This document shows, in pieces, positions 9,258 to 19,821 of a stretch of 32,000 nt of DNA. The stretch's first letter is position 1. The number at the start of each line of letters is the position of its first letter. This DNA comes from Cylindrospermopsis raciborskii Cr2010 (GTDB lineage Bacteria > Cyanobacteriota > Cyanobacteriia > Cyanobacteriales > Nostocaceae). A program made the position numbers and the translations under genes. The stretch spans positions 2,880,001 to 2,912,000 of the forward strand of contig NZ_CP065936.1 in the NCBI RefSeq assembly GCF_003367075.2. Direction: 5' to 3'. A model generated the notes under the pieces. The model saw only the letters and a list, made by a program, of their open reading frames with translations. It had not been told where the DNA came from and did no database searches.

Positions 9258-9848
9258 ATGTCTTCTGTGCCGTTGCTTCGCCTCAGCGACAAATTTGACC
9301 CTTATATTAGTGGCGAGGTGAATATTGATCCTAGTGCCGTAATAGCACCGGGGGTAATACTCCAGGCGGGCCTTAACAGCAAAATTATTATTGGTCCTGG
9401 GGTTTGTATTGGCATGGGATCAATTCTCCAGGTGAGTCACGGCATTCTAGAAATCGAAATGGGGGCCAATCTGGGGGCCGGTTTTTTGATGGTTGGGGAA
9501 GGTAAAATAGGGGCTAATGCTTGTATTGGTGCGGGCACTACAGTATTTAACGATTCTGTAGCTGCTCAACAAGTAATACCAGCAGGTTCGATTTTGGGAG
9601 ATAGCAGTCGCCAACAGTCTACTTCCCCACCTTCTCCCACGCCAAAAAGCCAGTCACCCCCGGAAACAGAATCTAGTACTGAGTCGCAAGAGACAAGTGA
9701 TGGTAAACCCCATAGTAGAGATCCCACTGAGCCCCATCCCTTAGGAACGCAAATCTACGGGCAAGGAAGCATTAACCGACTTTTAAGTACGTTGTTTCCC
9801 CATCGGCAGTCTCTGAGTGACCAGGATGCTAACAATGGTGTGGAGTAA
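9258..9848 (+). CDS. ccmN: carboxysome assembly protein CcmN
   Basis: Hexapeptide-repeat/beta-helix N-domain (IDPSAVIAPGVILQAGLNSKIIIGPGVCIGMGSIL), a Pro/Ser/Glu-rich linker, then a C-terminal amphipathic encapsulation-peptide-like tail (IYGQGSINRLLSTLFP). The tracked ORF starts at TTG 9192; ATG 9258 (MSSVPLL..) is preferred. Confidence 0.85.
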   Translation: MSSVPLLRLSDKFDPYISGEVNIDPSAVIAPGVILQAGLNSKIIIGPGVCIGMGSILQVSHGILEIEMGANLGAGFLMVGEGKIGANACIGAGTTVFNDSVAAQQVIPAGSILGDSSRQQSTSPPSPTPKSQSPPETESSTESQETSDGKPHSRDPTEPHPLGTQIYGQGSINRLLSTLFPHRQSLSDQDANNGVE

Positions 9849-9907
9849 ATGTTAATTGTTAGTTGTATGGTCAGTCGTCATTTTTGCGATTATGCTGGTG
9901 AATAAAT

Positions 9908-10693
9908 ATGGAAACATACAGTCAACCTACTCTTAGTACTATTCAATCACCTCGTCGCCACAATAATCTCAAGGATACTGCCTTGGGCTTAGTTTCGACC
10001 TTGAGCTTCCCTGCCATAGTGGGGACAGCTGACATGATGTTAAAGTCTGCTGGAGTGCATCTGGTAGGCTATGAGAAAATTGGTAGTGGTCACTGTACAG
10101 CTATTGTGCGGGGTAATATTGCGGATGTGCGTCTAGCTGTAGAGGCGGGGGTGCAAACGGCGGAACAGTTTGGACAGTTGGTGTCAAGTCTAGTTATTCC
10201 TAGACCCTATCCTAATCTGGACATAGTTTTACCAATTAATCGTCTAACCCAAATTATGGCGGATGGCACTTATAGTCGTCTAAGTAATCAAGCTATAGGT
10301 TTAGTAGAAACCCGTGGCTTCCCTGCCATGGTAGGTGCTTGTGATGCTATGCTCAAATCAGCAGAAGTTCATTTAGCTTCTTACGAGAAAATTGGTGCGG
10401 GACTCTGCACTGCCATTATTAGAGGCACGGTGGCTAACGTAGCTGTAGCCGTAGAAGCGGGAATGTATGAAGCAGAAAGAATAGGGGAATTAAATGCCGT
10501 CATGGTGATTCCTCGTCCCCTAGACGAACTGGAGCAGACCCTACCCATTGCTAGTTGTTGGGTAGAAGAACATCGACCTTTAGATATACCCCTACATGTC
10601 AAAGAGAAAATTGTTGACGCCCAAGCCGTAGAGTTACCTGATCTAGCCAAATTGCCGGTTAAAATTAAGGAAGAATTACTGGTGGACGAATAG
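9908..10693 (+). CDS. ccmO: carboxysome shell protein CcmO (tandem BMC domains)
   Basis: 261 aa with two BMC domains ([34 protein letters not shown] and IGLVETRGFPAMVGACDAMLKSAEVHLASYEKIG). Confidence 0.9.
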   Translation: METYSQPTLSTIQSPRRHNNLKDTALGLVSTLSFPAIVGTADMMLKSAGVHLVGYEKIGSGHCTAIVRGNIADVRLAVEAGVQTAEQFGQLVSSLVIPRPYPNLDIVLPINRLTQIMADGTYSRLSNQAIGLVETRGFPAMVGACDAMLKSAEVHLASYEKIGAGLCTAIIRGTVANVAVAVEAGMYEAERIGELNAVMVIPRPLDELEQTLPIASCWVEEHRPLDIPLHVKEKIVDAQAVELPDLAKLPVKIKEELLVDE

Positions 10694-10737
10694 TGTTTAC
10701 TAAATATATTAAGAACTGCTGTTAGAGGAGAATCACC

Positions 10738-11652
10738 TTGAACCAAGCGACACTGCACCAGTTGAAGGTGTTCGAGGCCGCTGCAAGACACGGTAGCTTT
10801 ACCCGTGCTGCAGAGGAACTATTTCTTACCCAACCTACTGTCTCCATGCAAATCAAACAACTGACTAAATCCGTGGGTCTACCATTGTTTGAACAGGTGG
10901 GTAAACGCCTATTTTTGACTGAAGCTGGAAGGGAATTATTTGCCACCTGTCGTGAGATTTTTAATGTTATTTCCCAGTTTGAAATAACTGTAGCAGATCT
11001 TAAAGGACTAAAACAAGGTAGCTTACGTTTGGCAGTCATTACTACTGCCAAATACATTATTCCCCGTTTGTTGGGACCTTTTTGTGAACTTTATCCAGGA
11101 ATTGATGTTTCCCTACAGGTAACAAACCATGAAGGCATCTTGGAACGGATGACTGCCAATTTGGATGACTTGTATATTATGAGTCAACTGCCAGAGCATT
11201 TGGATATTCAGTTTCAACCTTTTTTAGAGAATCCCCTAGTGGTTTTTGCACCTGTGAATCATCCTTTGTCTACGGAAACCAACATTTCTTTGGAAAGATT
11301 GGCACAGGAACCATTTATTATGCGCGAACCTGGTTCTGGTACTCGCCGTGCCATCCAGAGTTTATTAGAGGAAAATGGTATTAAAGTCAAGGTTAAATTA
11401 GAACTGGGTAGTAATGAAGCAATTAAGCAAGCTATTGCTGGAGGTTTAGGCATATCGGTTTTATCCCGTCATACCTTACTGGGTGATGCCCACCAATTTA
11501 GTATTTTGGACGCACAACATTTTCCTATCAAACGTACCTGGTATATAGTTCATCCTTCCGGTAAGCAGTTGTCCATCGTCGCTCGTACTTATTATGAATA
11601 CCTGTTAGAAGCGGCAAAAAGAATTGTCGAAGAGGAAATTATCCAATCATGA
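10738..11652 (+). CDS. LysR-type transcriptional regulator (CbbR/CmpR/RbcR-like)
   Basis: N-terminal wHTH ([37 protein letters not shown]) plus a LysR substrate-binding domain. TTG start at 10738, preceded by GAGGAG at 10725-10730; the next in-frame Met would delete the HTH. Location directly downstream of ccmO suggests a CCM regulator, which is inference. Confidence 0.85.
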   Translation: MNQATLHQLKVFEAAARHGSFTRAAEELFLTQPTVSMQIKQLTKSVGLPLFEQVGKRLFLTEAGRELFATCREIFNVISQFEITVADLKGLKQGSLRLAVITTAKYIIPRLLGPFCELYPGIDVSLQVTNHEGILERMTANLDDLYIMSQLPEHLDIQFQPFLENPLVVFAPVNHPLSTETNISLERLAQEPFIMREPGSGTRRAIQSLLEENGIKVKVKLELGSNEAIKQAIAGGLGISVLSRHTLLGDAHQFSILDAQHFPIKRTWYIVHPSGKQLSIVARTYYEYLLEAAKRIVEEEIIQS

Positions 11653-12692
11653 TAAACCCAGTTTCTGATGATACCTGGTCAAACTTACTCAAACAGCTAT
11701 TAGACCGCCAATCATTATCCCGCAATCAAGCAGCAATCCTTATGGAAGGGTGGATTCAGGAAAAGATTCCCCCCGAACTGTCCGGGGCAATATTAACCGC
11801 ACTCCATTTCAAAGGGGTGTCTCCAGAGGAATTGACTGGTATGGCGGGGGTCCTAAAAGGTTTATGTCTGAAAACCAAGCCAGAAAATACCCCCCTTATT
11901 GACACTTGTGGTACTGGTGGAGACGGAGCAGCTACCTTTAATATTTCTACAGCGGTGGCTTTTGTCGCTGCTGCTGCTGGTGTACCGGTAGCTAAACACG
12001 GCGGACGTTCTGCTTCTAGCTTAACCGGTAGCGCAGATGTTTTAGAAGCTTTAGGAGTGAACCTAAATGCACCTGCTGAAAAAATACAAGCTGCAGTCAG
12101 GGAAGTGGGAATTACCTTTCTCTTTGCTCCGGGATGGCATCCGGCCATGAAAGCCGTAGCTCCATTACGACGCAGTTTAAAAATTAGAACTGTATTTAAT
12201 TTGTTAGGTCCATTAGTTAATCCCATGGCACCCACAGGACAAATCATAGGGGTATTTGATCCTACCTTGATTGGGACTGTGGCCCAAACCCTAAATAATT
12301 TGGGGACACAAATGGCAATTGTATTACACGGTAGGGAAAAATTAGATGAAGCAGGATTGGGGGGAATCACCGACCTGGCGGTTTTGAATCAAGGGGAAGT
12401 GCAAATTACTACCCTCAACCCCGAGGAAGCAGGAGTTACACCAGCATCCATTACCGCTTTAAAAGGTGGTAGTGTAGCCGAAAATGCTGATATTTTAACT
12501 AGGGTGTTACAGGGCAAAGGCACTACAGCTCAACAAGATGTAGTAGCATTAAATGCCTCCCTAGCATTACAAGTCGCTGGTGTGGTTCCTTTGTTCCATC
12601 ATCATCAGGGAGTAAACATGGCTAGGGAAATTCTGGCAACTGGTAGTCCTTGGGAAAAGTTGGAACAGCTGGTGGAATTTTTACGGGGGTAG
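11649..12692 (+). CDS. trpD: anthranilate phosphoribosyltransferase
   Basis: 347 aa with motifs [28 protein letters not shown] and [14 protein letters not shown]. The ATG overlaps the LysR stop codon (ATGA at 11649-11652). Confidence 0.93.
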   Translation: MINPVSDDTWSNLLKQLLDRQSLSRNQAAILMEGWIQEKIPPELSGAILTALHFKGVSPEELTGMAGVLKGLCLKTKPENTPLIDTCGTGGDGAATFNISTAVAFVAAAAGVPVAKHGGRSASSLTGSADVLEALGVNLNAPAEKIQAAVREVGITFLFAPGWHPAMKAVAPLRRSLKIRTVFNLLGPLVNPMAPTGQIIGVFDPTLIGTVAQTLNNLGTQMAIVLHGREKLDEAGLGGITDLAVLNQGEVQITTLNPEEAGVTPASITALKGGSVAENADILTRVLQGKGTTAQQDVVALNASLALQVAGVVPLFHHHQGVNMAREILATGSPWEKLEQLVEFLRG

Positions 12693-13638
12693 GAGCTGTG
12701 TTTTGGGGACGGAATTCCACCACATTCCGCTTAATAGTGATGTCATAATTGCCAAAGAAATCATGTCCTAACAAACCAGTTGTTAGTGCTAACCCAGCAA
12801 TAGCCACAGGCACCCTTTTTGCCATCACCCCCCCCACCTCCATAGAGTCAACATAGGCTATGGGAAATTCTAGTCCTTGGGAACTGACCGTATTAGCCCT
12901 GGCCACGCCAACGGGGACAACCCCTAAAGAGCGAGCCATTTCTTGGGTGATTACAGAACCACTGGCACCCGTATCCACAATCATTTCAAAACGACTTTTG
13001 CCATTAAAAGTTACTTCCACAATAGGAGTACCACCAATTCGTCGCTTAATGGGTACAATGTATACTTGATCTTGGTCGTTAGTATTCTCCCTTGGAATCT
13101 TCTTAGTGGCAATGTCTGGTGAAGGTGATTGGAAATCTGGTATGGTCGGCGTTTCCCTCACGGGGGGGGAATAAAGTATTTTTCTCCCTGGGTTTGACCT
13201 GTTTACCACCGGGGAATCTGGTGATAAGGAGGATCCTCTGCTAGGATTACCCTGTTGACGAGCCAGTTGGAGTTGACCCTTATACTCGATAATCTTTTTT
13301 TGAGCAAAAGCAAAATTGGGGCTATTGGGTCTGATTTGTTTTAATAGGGCGATCGCTCGGTTAAAATTACTCTCCACCAATTGCCAATCCTCAGCAGATT
13401 GGGCCCACTGACCAATCCTGACAGCACTAGCACCTTTGTCTAAAGCCAATTCCAGCACACTGACTTCTTGACTGTGTGGCAGTCTTTTAGGTGGTTGTAC
13501 TGCTGCTAAATTACCCACGTCCCTGGAGTGGTTTATGCTTTGATTGCTCTGTTGATGACCAGTACAGGCAACTATCAAAGTTGCTAAAGCACTAGTCATG
13601 ACAATCACAGTTGTGCGTGGCAAAATAGAATCTAACAT
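12622..13638 (-). CDS. lipoprotein-type retropepsin-like aspartic protease
   Basis: N-terminal signal with a lipobox-like LIVAC. The C-terminal domain carries the DTGAS catalytic motif ([19 protein letters not shown]) and a LLGHDFF flap-like region typical of bacterial clan AA proteases. Confidence 0.7.
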   Translation of the reverse strand: MLDSILPRTTVIVMTSALATLIVACTGHQQSNQSINHSRDVGNLAAVQPPKRLPHSQEVSVLELALDKGASAVRIGQWAQSAEDWQLVESNFNRAIALLKQIRPNSPNFAFAQKKIIEYKGQLQLARQQGNPSRGSSLSPDSPVVNRSNPGRKILYSPPVRETPTIPDFQSPSPDIATKKIPRENTNDQDQVYIVPIKRRIGGTPIVEVTFNGKSRFEMIVDTGASGSVITQEMARSLGVVPVGVARANTVSSQGLEFPIAYVDSMEVGGVMAKRVPVAIAGLALTTGLLGHDFFGNYDITIKRNVVEFRPQNTAPTPVKIPPAVPTFPKDYQLPEFP

Positions 13639-13753
13639 AGTTTCTTACAGATTAACCACCTGACCATCTCCCATTTTAACCTTTCAACAATTCAAACATA
13701 CTTGAGATTTAACAATTTCTATCATAACTAACAAAATAGGTCACTAATTACTT

Positions 13754-14911
13754 ATGGCTATATCTGAAACAATACCTGCCCTTTTAGTTCTAGCAGACGG
13801 ATCCGCATATCGTGGCTGGTCTTTTGGAGCGCTGGGAACAACAGTAGGAGAAGTAGTATTTAACACTGGTATGACTGGATATCAAGAAGTGCTAACCGAT
13901 CCTAGTTATACAGGACAAATAGTAATTTTTACTTATCCAGAATTGGGAAACACAGGAGTTAATCCCGAGGACGAGGAATCGGTAAGACCTCATATAAAGG
14001 GAGTAATTGCCCGCAATATATGTCATCAACCCAGTAACTGGCGTTCAACCCAACCCCTAACAGAGTACTTGAAACAGCAGCAAATTCCTGGTATATTTGG
14101 AATAGACACAAGAGCCCTAACCCGGAAAATTAGAATTGATGGAGCAATGAATGGGGGGATTTCCACAACCATTTTAGAGGAAACAGAATTACTAGAGCTA
14201 GTACAAGCAGCACCAAGTATGACTGGACTAAACTTAGTGAAGCAGGTAACCACAAAAAAAGTCTATGAATGGTCAGAACCGACCCCGGAAGTATGGGAAT
14301 TTAATTCCCAGTCCAGCGCCAGCAAAGGGGAAGCCCTAACGGTAGTAGCATTAGATTTTGGGGTAAAAAGAAATATTCTTAGACGTTTGGCCAGTTATGG
14401 TTGTAGAGTAATAGTTGTTCCCGCCCACACAACCGCCGAAGAAATTTTGGCATATAATCCAGATGGTATTTTTCTCTCTAACGGTCCTGGGGATCCAGCA
14501 GCAGTAACAGAAGGGATCACCACTGCCAAAAGCCTGCTAGGGAGCAAAAAACCCATGTTTGGGATTTGTATGGGTCACCAAATATTAGGTCATGCCCTGG
14601 GGGCCCAAACCTTTAAACTAAAATTTGGGCATCGGGGTTTAAATCAACCAGCTGGATTACAAACAAGAGTAGAAATTACCAGCCAGAATCATAGTTTTGC
14701 TATTGATCCGGATTCTCTACCATCAGCAGTGGTAGAGGTTAGTCATCTGAACTTAAATGATCAAACGGTTGCTGGAGTGCGTCACAAATCCCTACCTATT
14801 TTTTCCGTCCAGTATCACCCCGAGGCCAGTCCCGGTCCCCACGATGCTGATTACTTATTTGAGCAATTTGTGCTAGAAATGCAAACAGCACGTCAAAAGG
14901 GGGAAATTTGA
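13754..14911 (+). CDS. carA: carbamoyl-phosphate synthase small (glutaminase) subunit
   Basis: 385 aa with [17 protein letters not shown], the GATase catalytic GICMGHQ, and [12 protein letters not shown]. Confidence 0.95.
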   Translation: MAISETIPALLVLADGSAYRGWSFGALGTTVGEVVFNTGMTGYQEVLTDPSYTGQIVIFTYPELGNTGVNPEDEESVRPHIKGVIARNICHQPSNWRSTQPLTEYLKQQQIPGIFGIDTRALTRKIRIDGAMNGGISTTILEETELLELVQAAPSMTGLNLVKQVTTKKVYEWSEPTPEVWEFNSQSSASKGEALTVVALDFGVKRNILRRLASYGCRVIVVPAHTTAEEILAYNPDGIFLSNGPGDPAAVTEGITTAKSLLGSKKPMFGICMGHQILGHALGAQTFKLKFGHRGLNQPAGLQTRVEITSQNHSFAIDPDSLPSAVVEVSHLNLNDQTVAGVRHKSLPIFSVQYHPEASPGPHDADYLFEQFVLEMQTARQKGEI

Positions 14912-14992
14912 TCCCCAACAAGCGTTTTATCGTTTAGTTATTTTAGTTAATAGGAACAGGAGGGAGTTATTGCAGAAGTACTAAATTTAACC

Positions 14993-15346
14993 GTGAGCCT
15001 GAGGGGCACTCTGGAAGTTAGGGATAAGGATAACTACCAGCTTTTCCGTCTCACAGGATTGTTAGATGCCTTTTCGGAGCCAACATTTCGTAAGGTACTA
15101 GAGGGTAAAATTGGGGAAGGTCCAAACAATATAATTCTGGATCTGTCACAGATTGACTTTATAGACAGTTCGGGTTTGGGTGCCCTGGTGCAATTAGCCA
15201 AGATAGCCAAGTTAGGCGAAAATCAGGGAAGTTTCCAAATTGTCACTAATGCCCGGGTGACTCAAACAGTCAAGCTTGTGCGGTTGGAAAAATTTCTCTC
15301 CTTACAAACTTCGGTTGAGAGGGCTCTAGAAAACATTAAATCGTGA
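14993..15346 (+). CDS. STAS-domain anti-sigma-factor antagonist
   Basis: 117 aa, SpoIIAA-like (LDLSQIDFIDSSGLGALV carries the phosphorylatable Ser context). GTG start. Confidence 0.8.
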   Translation: MSLRGTLEVRDKDNYQLFRLTGLLDAFSEPTFRKVLEGKIGEGPNNIILDLSQIDFIDSSGLGALVQLAKIAKLGENQGSFQIVTNARVTQTVKLVRLEKFLSLQTSVERALENIKS

Positions 15347-15375
15347 CAGATCCCCAAAAACATTCCCCAGTTGAT

Positions 15376-15417
15376 GATGAGGAAGTGGAAAAAGTCCCAG
15401 TTTTTCCCTTCCTCATC
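15376..15417 (+). terminator. long stem-loop downstream of the STAS gene
   Basis: GATGAGGAAG (15376-15385) pairs with CTTCCTCATC (15408-15417), and an inner GGAAAAA/TTTTTCC pairing extends the stem. There is no clear U-tract afterwards, so terminator function is tentative. Confidence 0.4.
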
Positions 15418-15483
15418 TGACTGAACCTATTTCCCGAGAACACAAAAGCACTGCCAAATTTCAAGCCAAGGAATAATTAACAG

Positions 15484-15951
15484 GTGAAACCCCAGGAGGA
15501 AGATTCCCAAACCGAAGATGAAATTGCCACAGAGCAATCATCTCAAATTCTGGCATTGCCTGGTCAATCTCCCCAGTTTCTATGTGAAGCCCAAGTAAAA
15601 AAAATCTCTCCTGCAGCCTTAGCTTATTTAGGTGATGCAATTTATGAACTTTATGTTAGAATGTTTTATCTGTGGCCACAGCAAAGACCGGAGATTTATC
15701 ATAGCTTGGTAGTAGCGCAAGTGAGAGCAGAAAAACAGGCCTCACATTTACGCTCTTTGATTCCTGAACTGAGGAATCATGAATTAGAAATCGTTCGCAG
15801 GGGGCGCAATGCAGCCACAGGGCGTCCCAAACGACTAGATCCCGAAATTTACCAGCAGGCCACCAGTTTAGAAACTTTAGTTGGCTATTTATATCTCACG
15901 GATTACCCCCGTTTAACAGAATTGCTACAAAAACTCCCTCTGGAAAAATAA
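15484..15951 (+). CDS. mrnC: Mini-ribonuclease 3
   Basis: ALAYLGDAIYELYVR and RRGRNA motifs are typical of Mini-III. GTG start with an acidic N-terminal extension, so the exact start is uncertain. Confidence 0.75.
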   Translation: MKPQEEDSQTEDEIATEQSSQILALPGQSPQFLCEAQVKKISPAALAYLGDAIYELYVRMFYLWPQQRPEIYHSLVVAQVRAEKQASHLRSLIPELRNHELEIVRRGRNAATGRPKRLDPEIYQQATSLETLVGYLYLTDYPRLTELLQKLPLEK

Positions 15952-16042
15952 TTAACTAGCTTACTTGTGTCATAGCAAAATAGTTATGGTTGATGAAGCC
16001 AGATGGAATCGTTTGTTCACATACTTACTACAATAAATAACC

Positions 16043-17005
16043 ATGAGCTACCAACCTAAAAAGAACAATCACACCAGGGAATCGGAACGTCCGCAACCAA
16101 TAAAGATCAAAGGTAAGCGCGTCCTAAGTCATCCCATTCGCACCCACAAGAAAGCAGAGGTTATACCCCCTAAACCTCGCCTCCTAGACCAACCGGTACA
16201 AACTAAAAACTCTGAAGAGCAAGATAATGACCTTATTTATGGACGCCATCCTGTCCTAAGTGCTTTGGAAAGTCATCGTAATCTTAACCGTCTTTGGATT
16301 ACTTCCCGGTTAAGGTATGATCCCAGATTTCATCATCTAGTTCTCCAAGCCAAAGATAATGGCACTGTAATTGACGAAGTTGACCCCAAGCGTTTAGACC
16401 AAATTACCAATGGTGGAAATCACCAAGGTGTAGCTGCTCAAATTGCTCCCTATACCTACACTGAATTAGAGGACTTAATTAGTCAGGCCCAGACTGTATC
16501 AGAACCAGTGATAGTTGTTGCTGATGGGATTACCGATCCCCACAACCTGGGAGCAATTATTCGCACTGCTGAGGCCATTGGCGCCCAGGGACTAGTAATT
16601 CCTCAAAGAAGAGCTGTTGGCATTACCTCCACCGTAGTGAAAGTCGCTGCTGGGGCTTTAGAAAACTTTTCTGTGGCTAGAGTTGTTAATTTAAGTCGCG
16701 CTTTAGAACAGCTAAAAGAGTCCGGATTTTGGATTTATGGAACTGCTGCTACCGGCAGTGAACCTCTACATAGCGTTAGGTTCACAGGCTCTACAGTTTT
16801 AGTAGTTGGATCCGAGGGCGAAGGTCTGAGTATGTTGACACAAAAATCCTGTGATGTTCTAGTCTCTATTCCCTTGCAGGGTAAGACCCCTAGCCTCAAT
16901 GCCTCCGTAGCAACTGGTATGGCACTTTATGAAATTTATCGCCAACGCTTGTCAAATACTCATTATCTTGATAAATTACATACATTTTCTGGGAAAAAAC
17001 TTTGA
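16043..17005 (+). CDS. rlmB: 23S rRNA (guanosine-2'-O)-methyltransferase, SpoU/TrmH family
   Basis: [47 protein letters not shown] and [22 protein letters not shown]. Carries a basic N-terminal extension of ~60 aa. Confidence 0.85.
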   Translation: MSYQPKKNNHTRESERPQPIKIKGKRVLSHPIRTHKKAEVIPPKPRLLDQPVQTKNSEEQDNDLIYGRHPVLSALESHRNLNRLWITSRLRYDPRFHHLVLQAKDNGTVIDEVDPKRLDQITNGGNHQGVAAQIAPYTYTELEDLISQAQTVSEPVIVVADGITDPHNLGAIIRTAEAIGAQGLVIPQRRAVGITSTVVKVAAGALENFSVARVVNLSRALEQLKESGFWIYGTAATGSEPLHSVRFTGSTVLVVGSEGEGLSMLTQKSCDVLVSIPLQGKTPSLNASVATGMALYEIYRQRLSNTHYLDKLHTFSGKKL

Positions 17006-17101
17006 AAAAATCAACCTAACAGAGTATAAAGAAATGTAAAACCTAATCTGTTTTAATTTTGTTCTGTGACCTGTTAACACATTTATAAATTGGTGGAAAC
17101 C

Positions 17102-17401
17102 ATGAAAAATATTTGGCAAAACCTTAAAGAGTCCTTAATCAACCTAAATAACAATTTGGGTTTGGCTTGGTGGGTGGAGATTGTCACTCAGAATCCCCGT
17201 TGTACCTATTACTTTGGGCCTTTTTTAAGCGTGACCGAGGCCACATCTGCCAGTAATGGCTATGTAGAGGACTTGGAAGCAGAAGGGGCGCAGGGGATTA
17301 CAATCAACGTTAAACGTTGCAAACCTGATAATCTGACCATTGAAGACCTGGGGGGAAAGATTGACCGCAAAGTAAAGCCTGTCTTTAGCGGTCAGGTTTA
17401 G
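17102..17401 (+). CDS. DUF1816-like small protein
   Basis: WWVEIVTQNPRCTYYFGPFLSVTEA resembles the DUF1816 core. The tracked ORF begins at TTG 17090; ATG 17102 is preferred. Confidence 0.6.
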   Translation: MKNIWQNLKESLINLNNNLGLAWWVEIVTQNPRCTYYFGPFLSVTEATSASNGYVEDLEAEGAQGITINVKRCKPDNLTIEDLGGKIDRKVKPVFSGQV

Positions 17402-17417
17402 AAATTATTGGCTGCAA

Positions 17418-17445
17418 AACTCCTACGCTGGTAAAGCGGGGAGTT
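17418..17445. terminator. hairpin between convergent genes (possible bidirectional terminator)
   Basis: AACTCC (17418-17423) pairs with GGAGTT (17440-17445), with inner CGCT/AGCG pairing. It lies between a + gene ending at 17401 and a - gene ending at 17464. Confidence 0.35.
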
Positions 17446-17463
17446 ATGCTCATTTGTGCTTAT

Positions 17464-18219
17464 TTAATTTCTAGCAGCTGCCAAAAATGTTTCCAGCTCT
17501 GATAGCTGGATAGGTCCAGTAAAATTTGGACTAGTGATAATAAAAGAGGGGGTACCAGAAAGGTTGAGATTGTTGACCAAATCTAGGTCTTTTTGAATTG
17601 CTTTGTCTGCTAGCTGTCTATCTTGATTAAACTTGCCTAGATCTAATTTGAGACTTTTCGCAGTTTCTATGTATAGACTTTCCCCTAGCTGGTTTTGTTT
17701 AGTGAACAAGGTGTCGTGATACTGCCAAAACTTACCTTGTTGATGTGCAGCCCAGGCAGCCCTAGCAGCTGGTAATGCTTGAATATGGGTTTGAAAAAGA
17801 GGAAAATGTTTATAAACCAGGGTAAATCGGTTAGGATACTTTTTCAATAAATCCTTGAGGGTTTTATGTGCTTCACTGCAATAAGGGCACTGAAAGTCAG
17901 AAAACTCTAAAAGAACAGTTTGTAGTTTTGATGAACCGATAGTAGGGGAGTTACCAATAACATCCTGTGGGTTTTGGCTGAATTTCTTGATAAACTCTTG
18001 TCTCCTGGTGATAACTCTTTGCTGTTGTTCCTCTTGGTATGCTTGAACACTTTCGATAATAGTTATCGGGTTACGACGGATAATTTCTAGTACTTGTTGT
18101 TCTAGTTTTGGATCTATTTGAGTTTGGGCATAGGTCGGTAGTATGAAAGCAGACCAAAATAAAGTACTCAGTAGAATACTGGAAATACGAACTATCCAAT
18201 TTTTAAAAACTTGACTCAT
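17464..18219 (-). CDS. DsbA-family thiol:disulfide oxidoreductase (thioredoxin fold), secreted or membrane-anchored
   Basis: N-terminal hydrophobic signal or anchor, CPYC active site (EFSDFQCPYCSEAHK), and a GTPSFII cis-Pro loop region. Confidence 0.8.
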   Translation of the reverse strand: MSQVFKNWIVRISSILLSTLFWSAFILPTYAQTQIDPKLEQQVLEIIRRNPITIIESVQAYQEEQQQRVITRRQEFIKKFSQNPQDVIGNSPTIGSSKLQTVLLEFSDFQCPYCSEAHKTLKDLLKKYPNRFTLVYKHFPLFQTHIQALPAARAAWAAHQQGKFWQYHDTLFTKQNQLGESLYIETAKSLKLDLGKFNQDRQLADKAIQKDLDLVNNLNLSGTPSFIITSPNFTGPIQLSELETFLAAARN

Positions 18220-18272
18220 GACAAAAGAGGAAATGGTTATTAACCAGAGTAGCTGATGGCGACAACTTTGGA

Positions 18273-18340
18273 GGAATTAAACGCAAGATGAACGTAGGTT
18301 GAGCTTGGGTTGAGAAACGAAACCCCCATGGGTTACACCG
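18273..18340 (+). repeat. degenerate copy of the dispersed hairpin element
   Basis: GGAATTAAACGCAAGATGAACGTAGGTTGAGCTTGGGTTGAGAAACGAAACCCCCATGGGTTACACC aligns by eye with the GGAATTAAATATAAGA..GTAGGTTGGGTTGAAGxATGAAACCCAAC element seen elsewhere in the window. Confidence 0.4.
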
Positions 18341-18500
18341 CTGGGGTGAGATCTCGCGAAGGACTAGCAACCTGGAGAATGTCTGTGTGGGAGACCAGGA
18401 ATAAAATCCTGATGATATGAGTCAGGTTTTAGACATTTTTGGGAAAATTGGTAATAGTATTGATTAGAAGCTAAACTAAGTAATAATTACAACAGACACC

Positions 18501-18737
18501 ATGGCTAGAAATTCTAAGGATTTTAAGGATTTGATGAGACAAAAGCAGAGTTCTCGAGGTAAGCATAAAAATATGGAAGCGCTCATAGAAAAGATGCAAC
18601 GGGCGGGATTTGGAGAATCGTCTGCAAATATGCTAAGAGAACCCAAGGGACATCCCAAAATGGCGGAAATCAGGGTATCATCTCCAAGAGACAATAGTCG
18701 ACCCCCCCGATGGAGAAAAAAATGGGCGCGGAGGTAG
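18501..18737 (+). CDS. small basic hypothetical protein (78 codons) with its 3' end inside repeat DNA
   Basis: ATG-initiated ORF. The N-terminal ~56 codons are unique sequence. From nt 18671 onward the frame runs through sequence duplicated at 20106, where it is read in a different frame. Coding status is unproven. Confidence 0.3.
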   Translation: MARNSKDFKDLMRQKQSSRGKHKNMEALIEKMQRAGFGESSANMLREPKGHPKMAEIRVSSPRDNSRPPRWRKKWARR

Positions 18738-18747
18738 TTGAAATTAA

Positions 18748-19821
18748 CTGCGATCGCTATTTTATAGGATTTCCGGTGTAATTATCAAAGATGGGAAAAA
18801 TCCTGCAGGAGATGGAAGGAGTAGCGATCGCTCGCGAATATCAAATACTAGTGAGTGGAATTAAATATAGGATTAACGTAGGTTGGGTTGAAGGATGAAA
18901 CCCAACACCCGCATGGATAAACCTGTGCCTACCTACATAAGGAGAGCGATCGCTCTTTCGCGAAGGGAATATCAAATATTAGTTGCGATCGCCATTTTAT
19001 AGGATTTCCGGTGTAATTACCAAAGATGGGAAAAATCCTGCTAGGAGATAGATAAGGAGTAGCGATCGCTCGCGAATATCAAATACTAGTGAGTGGAATT
19101 AAATATAAGACAATGTAGGTTGGGTTGAAGGATGAAACCCAACACCCGCATGGATAAACCTGTGCCTACCTACAAAGGAGAGCGATCGCTCTTTCGCGAG
19201 GGGAATATCAAATATTAGTTGCGATCGCCATTTTATAGGATTTCCGGTGTAATTACCAAAGATGGGAAAAATCCTGCTAGGAGATAGATAAGGAGTAGCG
19301 ATCGCTCGCGAATATCAAATACTAGTGAGTGGAATTAAATATAAGACAATGTAGGTTGGGTTGAAGGATGAAACCCAACACCCGCATGGATAAACCTGTG
19401 CCTACCTACAAAGGAGAGCGATCGCTCTTTCGCGAGGGGAATATCAAATATTAGTTGCGATCGCCATTTTATAGGATTTCCGGTGTAATTACCAAAGATG
19501 GGAAAAATCCTGCTAGGAGATAGATAAGGAGTAGCGATCGCTCGCGAATATCAAATACTAGTGAGTGGAATTAAATATAAGACAATGTAGGTTGGGTTGA
19601 AGTATGAAACCCAACACCCGCATGGATAAACCATCCTACAAATAATTGTGCCTCCCTACAAGCGATCGCTCGCGAACATCAAATACTAGTGAGTGGAATT
19701 AAATATAGGATTAACGTAGGTTGGGTTGAAGGATGAAACCCAACACCCCCAACCCATCCTACAAATAATTGTGCCTACCTACAAGCGATCGCTCTTTCGC
19801 GAAGGGAATATCAAATATTAG
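18748..19821. repeat. tandem array of a composite ~236-bp unit (about 4.5 units)
   Basis: Unit starts are at 18748, 18983, 19219 and 19455 (period 235/236/236). Units 2 and 3 appear identical. Unit 4 is followed by a ~130-bp half unit. Each unit holds three GCGATCGC octamers and the GTTGGGTT-N9-AACCCAAC hairpin (for example 18882-18906). Confidence 0.9.

Noticed and set aside
10381-12370. Minus-strand ORFs 10381-10791, 10722-11057, 11259-11453 and 11756-12370.
   Set aside because: They run antisense to ccmO, the LysR gene and trpD. Their Ser/Pro/Ala-rich translations match no recognisable motif.
12860-14253. ORFs 12860-13069 (+) and 14026-14253 (-).
   Set aside because: They are nested antisense to the protease gene and to carA respectively.
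18300-18460. Possible structured RNA between the DsbA-like gene and the small ORF, suggested by the hairpin CCTGA..TCAGG followed by TTTTAGACATTTTT.
   Set aside because: The stem is only 5 bp, the region overlaps a degenerate repeat copy, and nothing resembles an RNA family I can recognise (6S, SRP, RNase P, tmRNA, riboswitches). The evidence is too weak to call.
18748-19821. The regularly spaced palindrome-containing repeats could be mistaken for a CRISPR array.
   Set aside because: The whole 236-bp period is conserved, so there are no unique spacers between repeats. The palindromes are the genome-wide HIP1 octamer. No cas genes or leader-like sequence are nearby.
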